Shown here piece after piece: positions 42,948-52,446 of a stretch of DNA of 64,000 nucleotides. Position 1 is the first letter of the stretch, and every line of letters starts with the position of its first letter. This stretch comes from Dehalococcoidia bacterium (lineage in GTDB: Bacteria; Chloroflexota; Dehalococcoidia; Lucifugimonadales; UBA3495): positions 3,059,598 to 3,123,597 of the forward strand of contig OZ242013.1 in the NCBI GenBank assembly GCA_965204805.1, written 5' to 3'. The notes under the pieces were generated by a model that was given only the letters and a program-made list of their open reading frames with translations, had not been told where the DNA came from and did not search any database. The position numbers and the translations under genes are program-made.

Positions 42948-43733
42948 ATGGCTGCGATTCGAGTTGTGATTCATGGCGCAACAGGCAAGATGGGCGTCGA
43001 GACCGTCGCCGCCGTCTGCCGCGAGGTTGATATGGAGCTGGTGGGCGCGGTCTGCCGCACCGACCGGGGCGGCGCGCTGTCCACGCCGTCGGGCGACGTG
43101 CCGCTGTCCACCGACCTGGCGCAGATGCTGGACGATACCCGCCCCGACGCTATGGTGGACTTCACCAACTCCGCCGCCTGCATGGAGGCCGCCCACGCCG
43201 CTGCCGCCCGCAAGGTCAACCTGGTGCTGGGCTCCAGCGGCCTGAACGCCGACCACCACGCTCAGCTCGACGCCCTCGCCAACGACAACGGCGTGGGTAT
43301 CATCGTCGCCCCCAACTTCGCTCTCGGCGCTATCGTGCTGAAGAAGTTGGCCGAGCAGGCCGCGCCCTTCTTCGACTACGTGGACATCGTGGAGTCCCAC
43401 CACGAGATGAAGATAGACGCGCCCTCCGGCTTCTCCCTGGCCCTAGCCAACAGCCTGGCCGGGCAGAAGCAGTTCACGCGCAATGTGACCGAGAAGGAGA
43501 ACCTGCCCGAAACCCGCGGCGGCAGCGTCAACGGCGTCACCGTCCACAGCGTCCGCCTGCCCGGCCGGAGCGCACATCACGAGGTGGTTTTCGGCGCGGC
43601 GGGCCAGACCGTAACCCTGCGCCACGACACGCTGGGCCGCGACTGCTATATGCCCGGCGTCGTGCGCTGCATCCGCGAAGCGGCCGCCAAGCCCGGCTTG
43701 ATGGTGGGGTTGGAGAACGTGCTGGGGCTATAA
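42948..43733 (+). CDS. dapB: 4-hydroxy-tetrahydrodipicolinate reductase
   Basis: 261 aa. VVIHGATGKMG, APNFALGA and ESHHEMKIDAPSG motifs. GGAGG SD. Confidence 0.9.
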   Translation: MAAIRVVIHGATGKMGVETVAAVCREVDMELVGAVCRTDRGGALSTPSGDVPLSTDLAQMLDDTRPDAMVDFTNSAACMEAAHAAAARKVNLVLGSSGLNADHHAQLDALANDNGVGIIVAPNFALGAIVLKKLAEQAAPFFDYVDIVESHHEMKIDAPSGFSLALANSLAGQKQFTRNVTEKENLPETRGGSVNGVTVHSVRLPGRSAHHEVVFGAAGQTVTLRHDTLGRDCYMPGVVRCIREAAAKPGLMVGLENVLGL

Positions 43734-43817
43734 AAGGGCTCTAACTAGAACGCCGCTCGTTTGGTAGTTGTCCGTCTGGTATAGTAATTTGGCGGTTTCC
43801 AAAATTTTGATTGAAGG

Positions 43818-44873
43818 ATGAAAGGTGTTCCCGTGGAAGACTTGACCATTGCCGTTGTTGGCGCTACCGGAGCCGTGGGCGCAGAGTTCCTGCGCATCGT
43901 CGGGCAGCGCTATGCCAAGCCGCCCCATCTGCGGCTCATGGCATCCAAGCGCTCCGCCGGCAAGCGCATCAACGTCGGCGGCGAGGAGCTGGTGGTCGAG
44001 GAAGCCACGAAGGACTCCTTCGAGGGCGTGGACGTGGCCTTCATATCGGCCAGTTCCGCGGTCAGCCGCGACCTAGCTCCCCATGCCGTGGCCGCCGGGG
44101 CGGTGGTCATAGACGACGGCTCGGCCTTCCGCATGGAGGCCAACGTGCCGCTGGTGGTTCCCGAGGTCAACGGCGAAGACGTGGAGTGGCACGAGGGCAT
44201 CATCTCCATCCCCAACTGCTCCACCACGCCGCTGGTGATGGCCGCCCACCCCCTGCGCGAGCTTGCGCCCATCCGCCGCGTCATCGCCGACACCTACCAG
44301 TCGGTTTCCGGCGCCGGGGCGTCGCTGGTGGCCGACTTGCGCGAGCAGTCGGAACGGCTAATCGACGCCGACCACGCCGCCACTGCCAGCGAGCCGGGGC
44401 AGATAGCCTACAACCTGATTCCGCAGATAGACCGCTTCATGGACACCGGCTATACCTACGAAGAGCAGAAGATGCGGCAGGAGTCGCAGAAGATTCTCCA
44501 CGACCCGGAGCTGCGAATCTCCGCCACCTGCGTCCGCGTGCCGGTGTACGTCTCTCATAGCGCGGCGGTGCACCTGGAGTTCGAGCGGCCCGTGTCCGTG
44601 GGCGAAGCCCGCGAAGCGCTGGCCGCCATGCCCGGCCTGACGGTGCTGGACGATCCGGCCAACAACGTCTACCCCATGCCGTGGGACGTTTCCGGCGAGG
44701 ACGACGTGTTCGTGGGCCGCATCCGGCAGGACATCTCCAACCCCAATGGCCTGGCGATGTGGATTGTCTCCGACAACTTGCGCAAGGGCGCGGCGTTGAA
44801 CAGCCTCCAGATAGCGGAGGAACTGGTAGCGCGGGGGCGGCTGAAGCCGCGCGCCGCCAAGGCTGGCGTCTAG
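43818..44873 (+). CDS. asd: aspartate-semialdehyde dehydrogenase
   Basis: 351 aa. IAVVGATGAVG, active-site NCSTTPLV and QSVSGAG motifs. Alternative GTG start at 43833. Confidence 0.9.
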   Translation: MKGVPVEDLTIAVVGATGAVGAEFLRIVGQRYAKPPHLRLMASKRSAGKRINVGGEELVVEEATKDSFEGVDVAFISASSAVSRDLAPHAVAAGAVVIDDGSAFRMEANVPLVVPEVNGEDVEWHEGIISIPNCSTTPLVMAAHPLRELAPIRRVIADTYQSVSGAGASLVADLREQSERLIDADHAATASEPGQIAYNLIPQIDRFMDTGYTYEEQKMRQESQKILHDPELRISATCVRVPVYVSHSAAVHLEFERPVSVGEAREALAAMPGLTVLDDPANNVYPMPWDVSGEDDVFVGRIRQDISNPNGLAMWIVSDNLRKGAALNSLQIAEELVARGRLKPRAAKAGV

Positions 44874-44932
44874 CCTGGCGGCTTTGCCCATCATTACTAC
44901 CAAACGCTCCACAACCCCGGCTCCCCACAGGG

Positions 44933-44960
44933 TTGCGGCTATGTCAACCGCGCGTATAAT
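44933..44960 (+). promoter_or_regulatory. promoter candidate for dapA
   Basis: TTGCGG-16 nt-TATAAT. Leaves a leader of only about 45 nt, too short for an L-box. Confidence 0.45.
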
Positions 44961-45008
44961 GAGCGCAAACGCGAACATCCAAGACATTCAAATAAAGGGA
45001 GGGCAGTC

Positions 45009-45899
45009 ATGGCTGAGATAGGCAGGCTCATAACGGCGATGGTCACACCGATGGACTCCGAAGGGAAGGTGGACTACGAACAGGCCAAGCGCCTTGCCAA
45101 CGCCCTTCTTGACTCCGGCAGCGACGGCGTCATCGTTTCAGGCACTACCGGCGAGTCTCCCACACTGACTACCGATGAGAAACTGCGCCTGTACGCCGAG
45201 GTCAAGGAGTCCGTCGGCGAGCGGGGCGCGGTCATCGCCGGCACCGGCAACTACAGCACCGCCGAGAGCATCGAACTGACCATGGAAGCCGAAAAGACCG
45301 GCGTGGACGGGTTGCTGCTGGTGGTGCCCTACTACAACAAGCCGCCGCAGGAAGGGCTGTACCAGCACTTCAAGGCCATCGCGGGGAGCACCAGCCTTCC
45401 CGCCATCGTCTACAACGTGACCAGCCGTACCAGCCTGAACATGACCCACGAGACCACCATCCGCCTCAGCGAAATCGAGAACATCGTGGGCATCAAGGAA
45501 GCGGGCAGCGACATGGACCAGATAACCCGCATCATAGACGGGGCCAAGCCCGGCTTCCTGGTGTGGAGCGGCAACGACAACGAGACCTTCTACATCATGG
45601 CCACCGGCGGCTACGGCGTGGTCAGCGTGGCCTCGCACCTCATCGGCAGCCAGATAAAGCAGATGATGGGCCTGCTGCTGGAGGGCGACGTCGAGGGAGC
45701 CGCGGCCGAGCACCGCCGGATGCTGCCGATGTTCAAGGTGCTGTTCGTCGAGTCCAACCCCATCCCGGTCAAGTACGGGCTGAACAAGGCGGGCTTCAAC
45801 GTCGGCAACCCCCGCCTGCCCCTGATTCCCCCGTCCGAAAGAGCCGCCGCCGAGATCGACAAGGTGATGTCGCAGTACACCATTGACCTGCCGGTCTAG
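45009..45899 (+). CDS. dapA: 4-hydroxy-tetrahydrodipicolinate synthase
   Basis: 296 aa. VTPMD, GTTGESPTLT, YYNKP and IVGIKEA motifs. Confidence 0.9.
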   Translation: MAEIGRLITAMVTPMDSEGKVDYEQAKRLANALLDSGSDGVIVSGTTGESPTLTTDEKLRLYAEVKESVGERGAVIAGTGNYSTAESIELTMEAEKTGVDGLLLVVPYYNKPPQEGLYQHFKAIAGSTSLPAIVYNVTSRTSLNMTHETTIRLSEIENIVGIKEAGSDMDQITRIIDGAKPGFLVWSGNDNETFYIMATGGYGVVSVASHLIGSQIKQMMGLLLEGDVEGAAAEHRRMLPMFKVLFVESNPIPVKYGLNKAGFNVGNPRLPLIPPSERAAAEIDKVMSQYTIDLPV

Positions 45900-45924
45900 G
45901 GACTACATAACAGGGGAAAGTGAG

Positions 45925-45954
45925 ATAGGGGGCGTATGCCCCCTATACTTTTTT
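45925..45954 (+). terminator. rho-independent terminator after dapA
   Basis: atagggggc-gtat-gccccctat followed by actttttt. Confidence 0.7.
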
Positions 45955-45983
45955 GGAACTCCAGCAAAGCCCTACACTACCCG

Positions 45984-46403
45984 TCAAGCACGACTGGGCT
46001 TAGAACATTGGAGTAGAAGCGGAAGTATAAGTTCCGACACCTTTTCCAAAGTGAACCCCACTGGGTCTCCCTCAGCGTCAAGGTGAGCTATGCAGTGGTC
46101 CAAGACATTCTCGCTGTAACTCACTAGCTCACTGTTGTGAAAAGACAGCGTGTCGGACTCTTTGCAATAGACAATTGTTAAGTCTTCTTTCCCGATGTCA
46201 GGTTTTGCAAACTCGTTTGGGCGCAAGTACGGCAAAAACAAATCCGCCGCGTCTAGGAACTCAAAGCCAATACATCGTCCTTTGGTGTCAAAATCCGCCA
46301 TCAAATCAAATGCAACGGCTGCGGATTCCTGGTAGTCCCCTCCGGTTGACAAGGACAGGATGTCGAGACCGCTGTCGTAGGTGTACGGCGTAGCATTTTT
46401 CAC
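45984..46403 (-). CDS. tandem DUF2283-like protein (putative antitoxin), cassette 2
   Basis: 139 aa. YTYDSGLDILSLS...DFDTKGRCIGFEFLDA and LTIVYCKESDTLSFH...IAHLDAEGDPVGFTLE. ATGA overlap with the upstream ORF. Confidence 0.55.
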   Translation of the reverse strand: MKNATPYTYDSGLDILSLSTGGDYQESAAVAFDLMADFDTKGRCIGFEFLDAADLFLPYLRPNEFAKPDIGKEDLTIVYCKESDTLSFHNSELVSYSENVLDHCIAHLDAEGDPVGFTLEKVSELILPLLLQCSKPSRA

Positions 46404-46687
46404 GACAACATCCTTCTTCTGCGTTCGCTTCTATCCGGCGAAGCTGAGACCACTATGCGCGGTTCATCGTGAGGGTCAACAATTACCCTCAAGTAATTGC
46501 CATGATTACCCAATTCGGGGAACCATCTCCAGTATATGACTCGACCGTACCTTCCAGGCCCTCTCCGTTCCGGGGACTCTATCGTATCCCTGATTCGGTC
46601 AACAGTGACCAAGCCAATCCTATTGGGATGGTCCCGCCAGATATGCTCGGCAACCTCGTATAGCTGCCCATTGATAGTAAAGGACAT
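46400..46687 (-). CDS. small (95 aa) toxin-like protein, cassette 2
   Basis: Paralog of 11875..12141 (RDHP...GRVIYWRW...YLRVIVD). Its ATG lies 1 nt after the mutS2 stop codon. Confidence 0.45.
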   Translation of the reverse strand: MSFTINGQLYEVAEHIWRDHPNRIGLVTVDRIRDTIESPERRGPGRYGRVIYWRWFPELGNHGNYLRVIVDPHDEPRIVVSASPDRSERRRRMLS

Positions 46688-46688
46688 T

Positions 46689-49259
46689 TTAGCGCAACTG
46701 CGCCACCGTCACCCCCTCGCCGCCGGACCCTTCGCCGTCGCTGGCGGCGGACACCAGCGGGTGGTCGGACAGGTACTCGCGGATGGCGCGGCGCAGCGCT
46801 CCCGTCCCCTTGCCGTGGATGATGCGGAGCAACGATGCGCCATCAAGGGCCGCGTCGTTGAGCGCCGTGTCTACGCGGGCGACGGCTTCGTCCACCCGCA
46901 GACCGCGCAGGTCCATCTCCGGGTCGGGACGGCGCGGCGCGGGCGTCCGATTGGCCGCCCGGTCGAGGTAGACACCCTGACGCGCCGCCGTCGGATGACC
47001 TTCGGCGAGACTCTGCAACTGATAGACGGGAATCTTGGCCCGCATGGTTCCCAGCAGCACCTCCACCCGCTGCGCTTGCGCCGGATTCCCGCCTTCGCGG
47101 GAAGAGCGGGAATGACGGACGGGTTCGGGCGGCGTGATGACCTCTACCGGCTGGCTGATGCCCCGCACGTACACTCGGTCGCCGCTCTTGAGCCGCTCCT
47201 GCCAGGGCGCCCGCCTGATTTCGATGGGCTGCCAGTTGGCGGTGTCCAGCTCGCGCTGCACCTCGCGCAGATCGCGCTGGCTCTCCCGCAGGTTCTCCCC
47301 GCTCTCCCGTCCGGCGGAAGGTGCGCGGATATGCCCGGCGGCAGGCTGTAGAGCGGCGGCGCTGGCCGCCAACTCCATGGACCGCTCCGCCCGTTGCAGG
47401 CGGTCTACGATGTCGGCAGTCCGCAGTTGCAACTCGCGGCGGGCCTCCTCGACCAGCTCGGTCTTGGTGGATTCCACTGACGCCAGTTGTTCCTCAAGCT
47501 GCTGTTGCAGCCTCACGGCGGCCAGCCGCGACGACTCTGCCTCCTCTTTCAACTGCTCCACGGTGCGGCGTTCCTGTTGCAGTTCCCGCAGCAGCGTCTC
47601 GGTGGCCTGCTCCACCGGCGACACCCCGGCGCTGGCGTCCTCGATAATTTCCTGGGGCAGCCCCAGCCGAGCCGCGATGGTCAAGGCGTAGCTGCGGCCC
47701 GGCAGCCCGACGGTTAACTGGTAGGTGGGCGCCAGCGTCACCGGGTCCAGGTCAACGCTGGCGTTCAGCATTCCCGGGTGTTCCTGCACCGTGCGGGCCA
47801 CGCCGCGCTGGTGAGTGGTGCCGACCAGGAACACGCCCATGCGCTGGAAGTGGCGCAGCACCGCGCTGGCCAGCGCTGCCCCTTCCTCCGGGTCGGTGCT
47901 GGTGCCTAATTCGTCCACCAGCACCAGCGAGCGGCCAGTGGCACGGCGCATAATGTCCAGCAGGTTGGTGATGTGGGAGCTGAACGTCGAAAGCGACTGC
48001 TGGATGCTCTGCTGGTCGCCAATGTCGGCATAGATGCCGTCGAACCCCGGAAAGCGGGCATCATCAGCTGGGATATGCAGTCCGGCATGAGCCATCATCG
48101 CCAGTAGCCCGACGGTCTTCAGCGCCACCGTCTTGCCCCCAGCGTTGGGGCCAGTGATGAGCAGCACCCCGCTCTCCGAGTCGAGCGACAGGCTAATAGG
48201 CACCACGTCGCCGCCCTTCGACTGGCTCAGGAGCAGGGGATGCCGGGCGCGGCTCAATCGCAGGCGTCGCGGCGCAGGCGCATCGTACTGCTCCACGTCA
48301 ACAATTCCCTCTCCCTCTGGGAGAGGGTTAGGGTGAGGGCCTCCCCCCACATCCTCAATAACCGGCGGCGTGGCCCGCAGCGCCGACGAGTAGCGCGCTT
48401 TCGCCACGTCCAGGTCCAGCCGGGCCACGATGTCCAGCGCCAGCAGCAGGTCCTCGCCGGTGTCGCCGACGCGGTTGGTCAGGTGGCGCAGCACCCGCTC
48501 CACCTCGCGCTCCTCGGCCAGGCGAGCCTCGCGCCAGCGGTTGCCCATGTCCACCGCCGCCATCGGCTCCACGAACACCGTCGCGCCGCTGTCGGAAACG
48601 TCGTGGACGATACCCGGCACACGGTAGCGCATCTCGGTCTTGATGAGCAGCACCATACGCCCGTTGCGCTGGGTGATGATGGGCTCCTGCACCACCTCTG
48701 ACCGCTGGAACCGCCGCAGGTTGCGCTCCATTATTTCGTTCAGGCGGTTCTGCGCCTGCCGCGACTCGGCCCGCAGCCGGCCTAGCAGCGGGCTGGCGTA
48801 GTCCAGAACCTCCCCGGCCGGGCTGATGGCGGCTCCGATTTCGCTGTCCAGGTGCCCCAGCTCCGGGATGTTGCTGGCGAGGCTCGACAGCAGGGGCAGG
48901 TCGTATCCTGAGCTTGTCGAAGGGCGGCTGAGTTCGTCGCGGTCGTAGCGGGCAGCGCGGGCAAAGGTCCGGACGGCGTATAGCTCCTCGCCGCGCAGCA
49001 GACCGCCCAGCATGGCGCGGTGAATCAGCTCGGTGATGTCGTTCTCCGGCCCGAACTCCAGCGAGCCGCCGCCGTCAATATAGCGGCGTGTCTCTGTGGT
49101 CTCCTGCTGCCGCGTCGCCACCTCCAGCAGGTCCTCCGACGGCTCCAGCGCCGTCACCTTCTCCCGCCCCAGCGACGTGCGGCAGTACGACGCCACCTGC
49201 GCCAGCACCTGGTCAAATTCCAGCAACCGCCCGGCCTGCTCAAATCCGCCCAGAGTCAT
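46689..49259 (-). CDS. mutS2: endonuclease MutS2 (MutS-family ATPase with C-terminal Smr domain)
   Basis: 856 aa. ITGPNAGGKTVALKTVGL, LVLVDELGTSTDP and Smr DLRGLRVDEAV...IIHGKGTGALR. Carries in-frame copies of REP-A, REP-B and REP-C. Confidence 0.9.
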   Translation of the reverse strand: MTLGGFEQAGRLLEFDQVLAQVASYCRTSLGREKVTALEPSEDLLEVATRQQETTETRRYIDGGGSLEFGPENDITELIHRAMLGGLLRGEELYAVRTFARAARYDRDELSRPSTSSGYDLPLLSSLASNIPELGHLDSEIGAAISPAGEVLDYASPLLGRLRAESRQAQNRLNEIMERNLRRFQRSEVVQEPIITQRNGRMVLLIKTEMRYRVPGIVHDVSDSGATVFVEPMAAVDMGNRWREARLAEEREVERVLRHLTNRVGDTGEDLLLALDIVARLDLDVAKARYSSALRATPPVIEDVGGGPHPNPLPEGEGIVDVEQYDAPAPRRLRLSRARHPLLLSQSKGGDVVPISLSLDSESGVLLITGPNAGGKTVALKTVGLLAMMAHAGLHIPADDARFPGFDGIYADIGDQQSIQQSLSTFSSHITNLLDIMRRATGRSLVLVDELGTSTDPEEGAALASAVLRHFQRMGVFLVGTTHQRGVARTVQEHPGMLNASVDLDPVTLAPTYQLTVGLPGRSYALTIAARLGLPQEIIEDASAGVSPVEQATETLLRELQQERRTVEQLKEEAESSRLAAVRLQQQLEEQLASVESTKTELVEEARRELQLRTADIVDRLQRAERSMELAASAAALQPAAGHIRAPSAGRESGENLRESQRDLREVQRELDTANWQPIEIRRAPWQERLKSGDRVYVRGISQPVEVITPPEPVRHSRSSREGGNPAQAQRVEVLLGTMRAKIPVYQLQSLAEGHPTAARQGVYLDRAANRTPAPRRPDPEMDLRGLRVDEAVARVDTALNDAALDGASLLRIIHGKGTGALRRAIREYLSDHPLVSAASDGEGSGGEGVTVAQLR
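47083..47118. repeat. REP-B copy inside mutS2, in frame
   Basis: ggattcccgccttcgcgggaagagcgggaatgacgg, read on the minus strand as VRHSRSSREGGNP between VEVITPPEP and VEVLLGTMRAKIP. Confidence 0.8.
48305..48340 (-). repeat. REP-A copy inside mutS2, in frame
   Basis: ttccctctccctctgggagagggttagggtgagggc, read on the minus strand as PHPNPLPEGEGI. Confidence 0.85.
48907..48924 (-). repeat. REP-C core inside mutS2, in frame
   Basis: cctgagcttgtcgaaggg (reverse complement of the 18-mer core), read as PSTSSG. Confidence 0.8.
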
Positions 49260-49306
49260 CCAACATCTCCATATTTATATGGTTATTTAACGCAGAGAAC
49301 TCCCTG

Positions 49307-49345
49307 TTCCCTCCCCCTGAGGGGGAGGGTTAGGGTGGGGGTGAA
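49307..49345 (-). repeat. REP-A copy (consensus)
   Basis: ttccctccccctgagggggagggttagggtgggggtgaa, between the VLRF1-like gene and mutS2. Confidence 0.9.
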
Positions 49346-49359
49346 ACCCTGACAGAAAA

Positions 49360-50130
49360 CTATGCGTTGAAATCAATGGTCCAAACCCGGCTTTCGGTCA
49401 GCATCTCGGCGACCTGCGGCAGGGTATCGCGTTTTGGATCGCGTATGTTGAGCCGCCGCTTCAGCGTGATGGGCTGGAGTGAGTCCAGCGCCGGGCACTC
49501 CTTCAATAAACCGTTGAGAGTGAACCGCTCGCCGCCCAGAACCAAGTAGTCCAGTTGCGCCGTAGGAGGCATCAGGTGGGCGCGGGTTTCCTCGCACACC
49601 TTGTCGTACAGCCGCTTGATCTGCCCGTCACGCACCCGCGTATACCGCAACTGTGATGTGCCGCCCGCGTGATGCCTGCCCTTCACATACCGCGAGTCCG
49701 TCTTGGAGTCCAGTAGCTCCCCGCCGCGAAATACCGCCACCGAGAACCGCCCCAGCCGCACCAGCACCACGCCCACGGTAACGTCGGCGTCCAGGATGTT
49801 CCGCAGCGGCTGATCGTCCCAATCCGTGGACAGATAGGTTTCCGTAACGGGAAAGGGCGGAGCAATCAGCAGCCCGCGCTCGCCAGCGCGCAGGCCCACC
49901 AATCCGCAGCCGTCGCGCAACGCGCCTTCCCCAAACTCGGCCAGGGGAGTTGCCCATCCTGTAGCGGCCATCGCTGCCGGGTCTGGGCTATGGCCGGGAG
50001 CAAGGTACAGCGACGACGCTCCCTCCCCGGAGTTCACACCCAGGGCATTCAGCATCCGCCGCAGCCGGGCCGCGGAAACCGTTTCCCCGGCCATCGTGTT
50101 TCTGACGCTCATACATAACGATTGTATCAT
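49360..50130 (-). CDS. VLRF1-family (Vms1/ANKZF1-like, eRF1-fold) peptidyl-tRNA hydrolase homolog
   Basis: 256 aa. VGVVLVRLGRFSVAVFRGGELLDSKTDSRYVKGRHHAGGTSQLRYTRVRDGQ matches, from memory, the VLRF1 core (RxGxFAxxxF...K[ST]...RY.V[RK]...GGxSQ with catalytic Gln). Start codon uncertain (M1/M7/M13). Confidence 0.6.
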   Translation of the reverse strand: MIQSLCMSVRNTMAGETVSAARLRRMLNALGVNSGEGASSLYLAPGHSPDPAAMAATGWATPLAEFGEGALRDGCGLVGLRAGERGLLIAPPFPVTETYLSTDWDDQPLRNILDADVTVGVVLVRLGRFSVAVFRGGELLDSKTDSRYVKGRHHAGGTSQLRYTRVRDGQIKRLYDKVCEETRAHLMPPTAQLDYLVLGGERFTLNGLLKECPALDSLQPITLKRRLNIRDPKRDTLPQVAEMLTESRVWTIDFNA

Positions 50131-50162
50131 CGCCGCCTTGCCGCTCGCGCCAGTAAGGAAGA

Positions 50163-50272
50163 CATCTGAACTGTGATTAGTTTGATTAAGGGATTTCTCT
50201 GATTTCGTCGCCTTTGGAATACACTAGCAACCATGGCAATCATATAATCAAACGAATCACAGTTCAGACAAT
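50163..50272. mobile_element. MITE-like element, family D
   Basis: catctgaactgtgattag ... cgaatcacagttcagacaat. Same termini as 15018..15119. Confidence 0.7.
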
Positions 50273-50287
50273 ATTAAGGAGAAGCCT

Positions 50288-51085
50288 TTGACCCCCGAAG
50301 AAAGAGAGTCAATCCTGCAAAGGCGCGATGCGGCCCTGAAACGCCTCGACGAAGGGCATCAAATCCTGCTGCAATCCCTGGAGGGGCTGGAAGCCGAGGA
50401 AGCCTTTCTCGCGCAACGCTGGTCGGTGCGCGACGTGCTGCTGCACTTGGACTCGGAGCGGTACGTGGACGCCCTCGAGAAGATTGCCCGCGGTGAGATG
50501 GAAATGCTGCCGCCCTTTTCCAGCCGCGAGGAGCATTTCCGGCAGGAGCGGGAGAACCAGGAGGCCACCCACCAGCGGTTTCGCGCCCTGCTCACCGAGC
50601 TGACCCCGGAACAGTTGGCCCGCCCCGCGACGCCGCCCAACCCGTCCAACTCCTTCCCCGGCCTGACCCTGCTGGAACTGCTGGAACGCTCGGCGGGCCA
50701 CGAGGCCAGCCACTCCCGCCAGATTGACCTCACTCGCCAGTTCATCGCCGCCTTCCGCTCCCAGGAACGGGCGCTGAACATCGCCGCCCTGGGCGCCGGC
50801 GACCCGGCCCGCCTGTCGCAACAAGTCAAGGACCTGCTGAACATGGCCGACTACGTGGTGGGCGAACCGGAGGCCCTGGCCGCCGTCGGCCACCTGGTGC
50901 GGGGAGTCCGGCTCACGATGCATCCCGGCAACCGCGAGGAACTGGTGAACCGCGCCGCCCGCGAGACCCGGGAGGGCCTGTGGGCCATAGTCTGCGTCAT
51001 GGGCGACGGCGGAGACGACGACGCAACGGTGGCCCTGGGCCGTCAACACGCCGACACCGTGGAGGTGCACCGGCCGACGGTGTAG
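50288..51085 (+). CDS. DinB-like N-domain fused to a short tetrapyrrole-methylase-like segment (hypothetical)
   Basis: 265 aa, TTG start. WSVRDVLLHLDSE and SAGHEASH (DinB-like), then LNIAALGAGDPARLSQQVKDLLNMADYVVGE, which resembles only the N-terminal part of TP_methylase. Confidence 0.45.
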   Translation: MTPEERESILQRRDAALKRLDEGHQILLQSLEGLEAEEAFLAQRWSVRDVLLHLDSERYVDALEKIARGEMEMLPPFSSREEHFRQERENQEATHQRFRALLTELTPEQLARPATPPNPSNSFPGLTLLELLERSAGHEASHSRQIDLTRQFIAAFRSQERALNIAALGAGDPARLSQQVKDLLNMADYVVGEPEALAAVGHLVRGVRLTMHPGNREELVNRAARETREGLWAIVCVMGDGGDDDATVALGRQHADTVEVHRPTV

Positions 51086-51089
51086 GGGC

Positions 51090-52270
<1,181 letters not shown>

Positions 52271-52280
52271 ACCAGAAAAA

Positions 52281-52308
52281 TTCCCTCCCCCTTGAGGGAG
52301 AGGGAGAA
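52281..52308 (-). repeat. REP-A copy (truncated)
   Basis: ttccctcccccttgagggagagggagaa. Confidence 0.7.
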
Positions 52309-52446
52309 TTGCGCCCGCCAATGCCGCGCTTTCGTATGGCGGGGTTCTTTGCTATACTTGATACTTGTGTTGCCGCGCCCTTTACGGGGACGGCATCCTT
52401 TTGCGCGGGGCGTACTTTAATTGTTGTTATGTAAGGCGGTTCAGGA

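Noticed and set aside
43734-45008. Lysine (L-box) riboswitch upstream of asd or dapA
   Set aside because: The untranslated regions are only about 85 and 135 nt and contain a plausible promoter close to dapA. There is no room for an L-box of roughly 180 nt and no recognisable L-box conserved segments.
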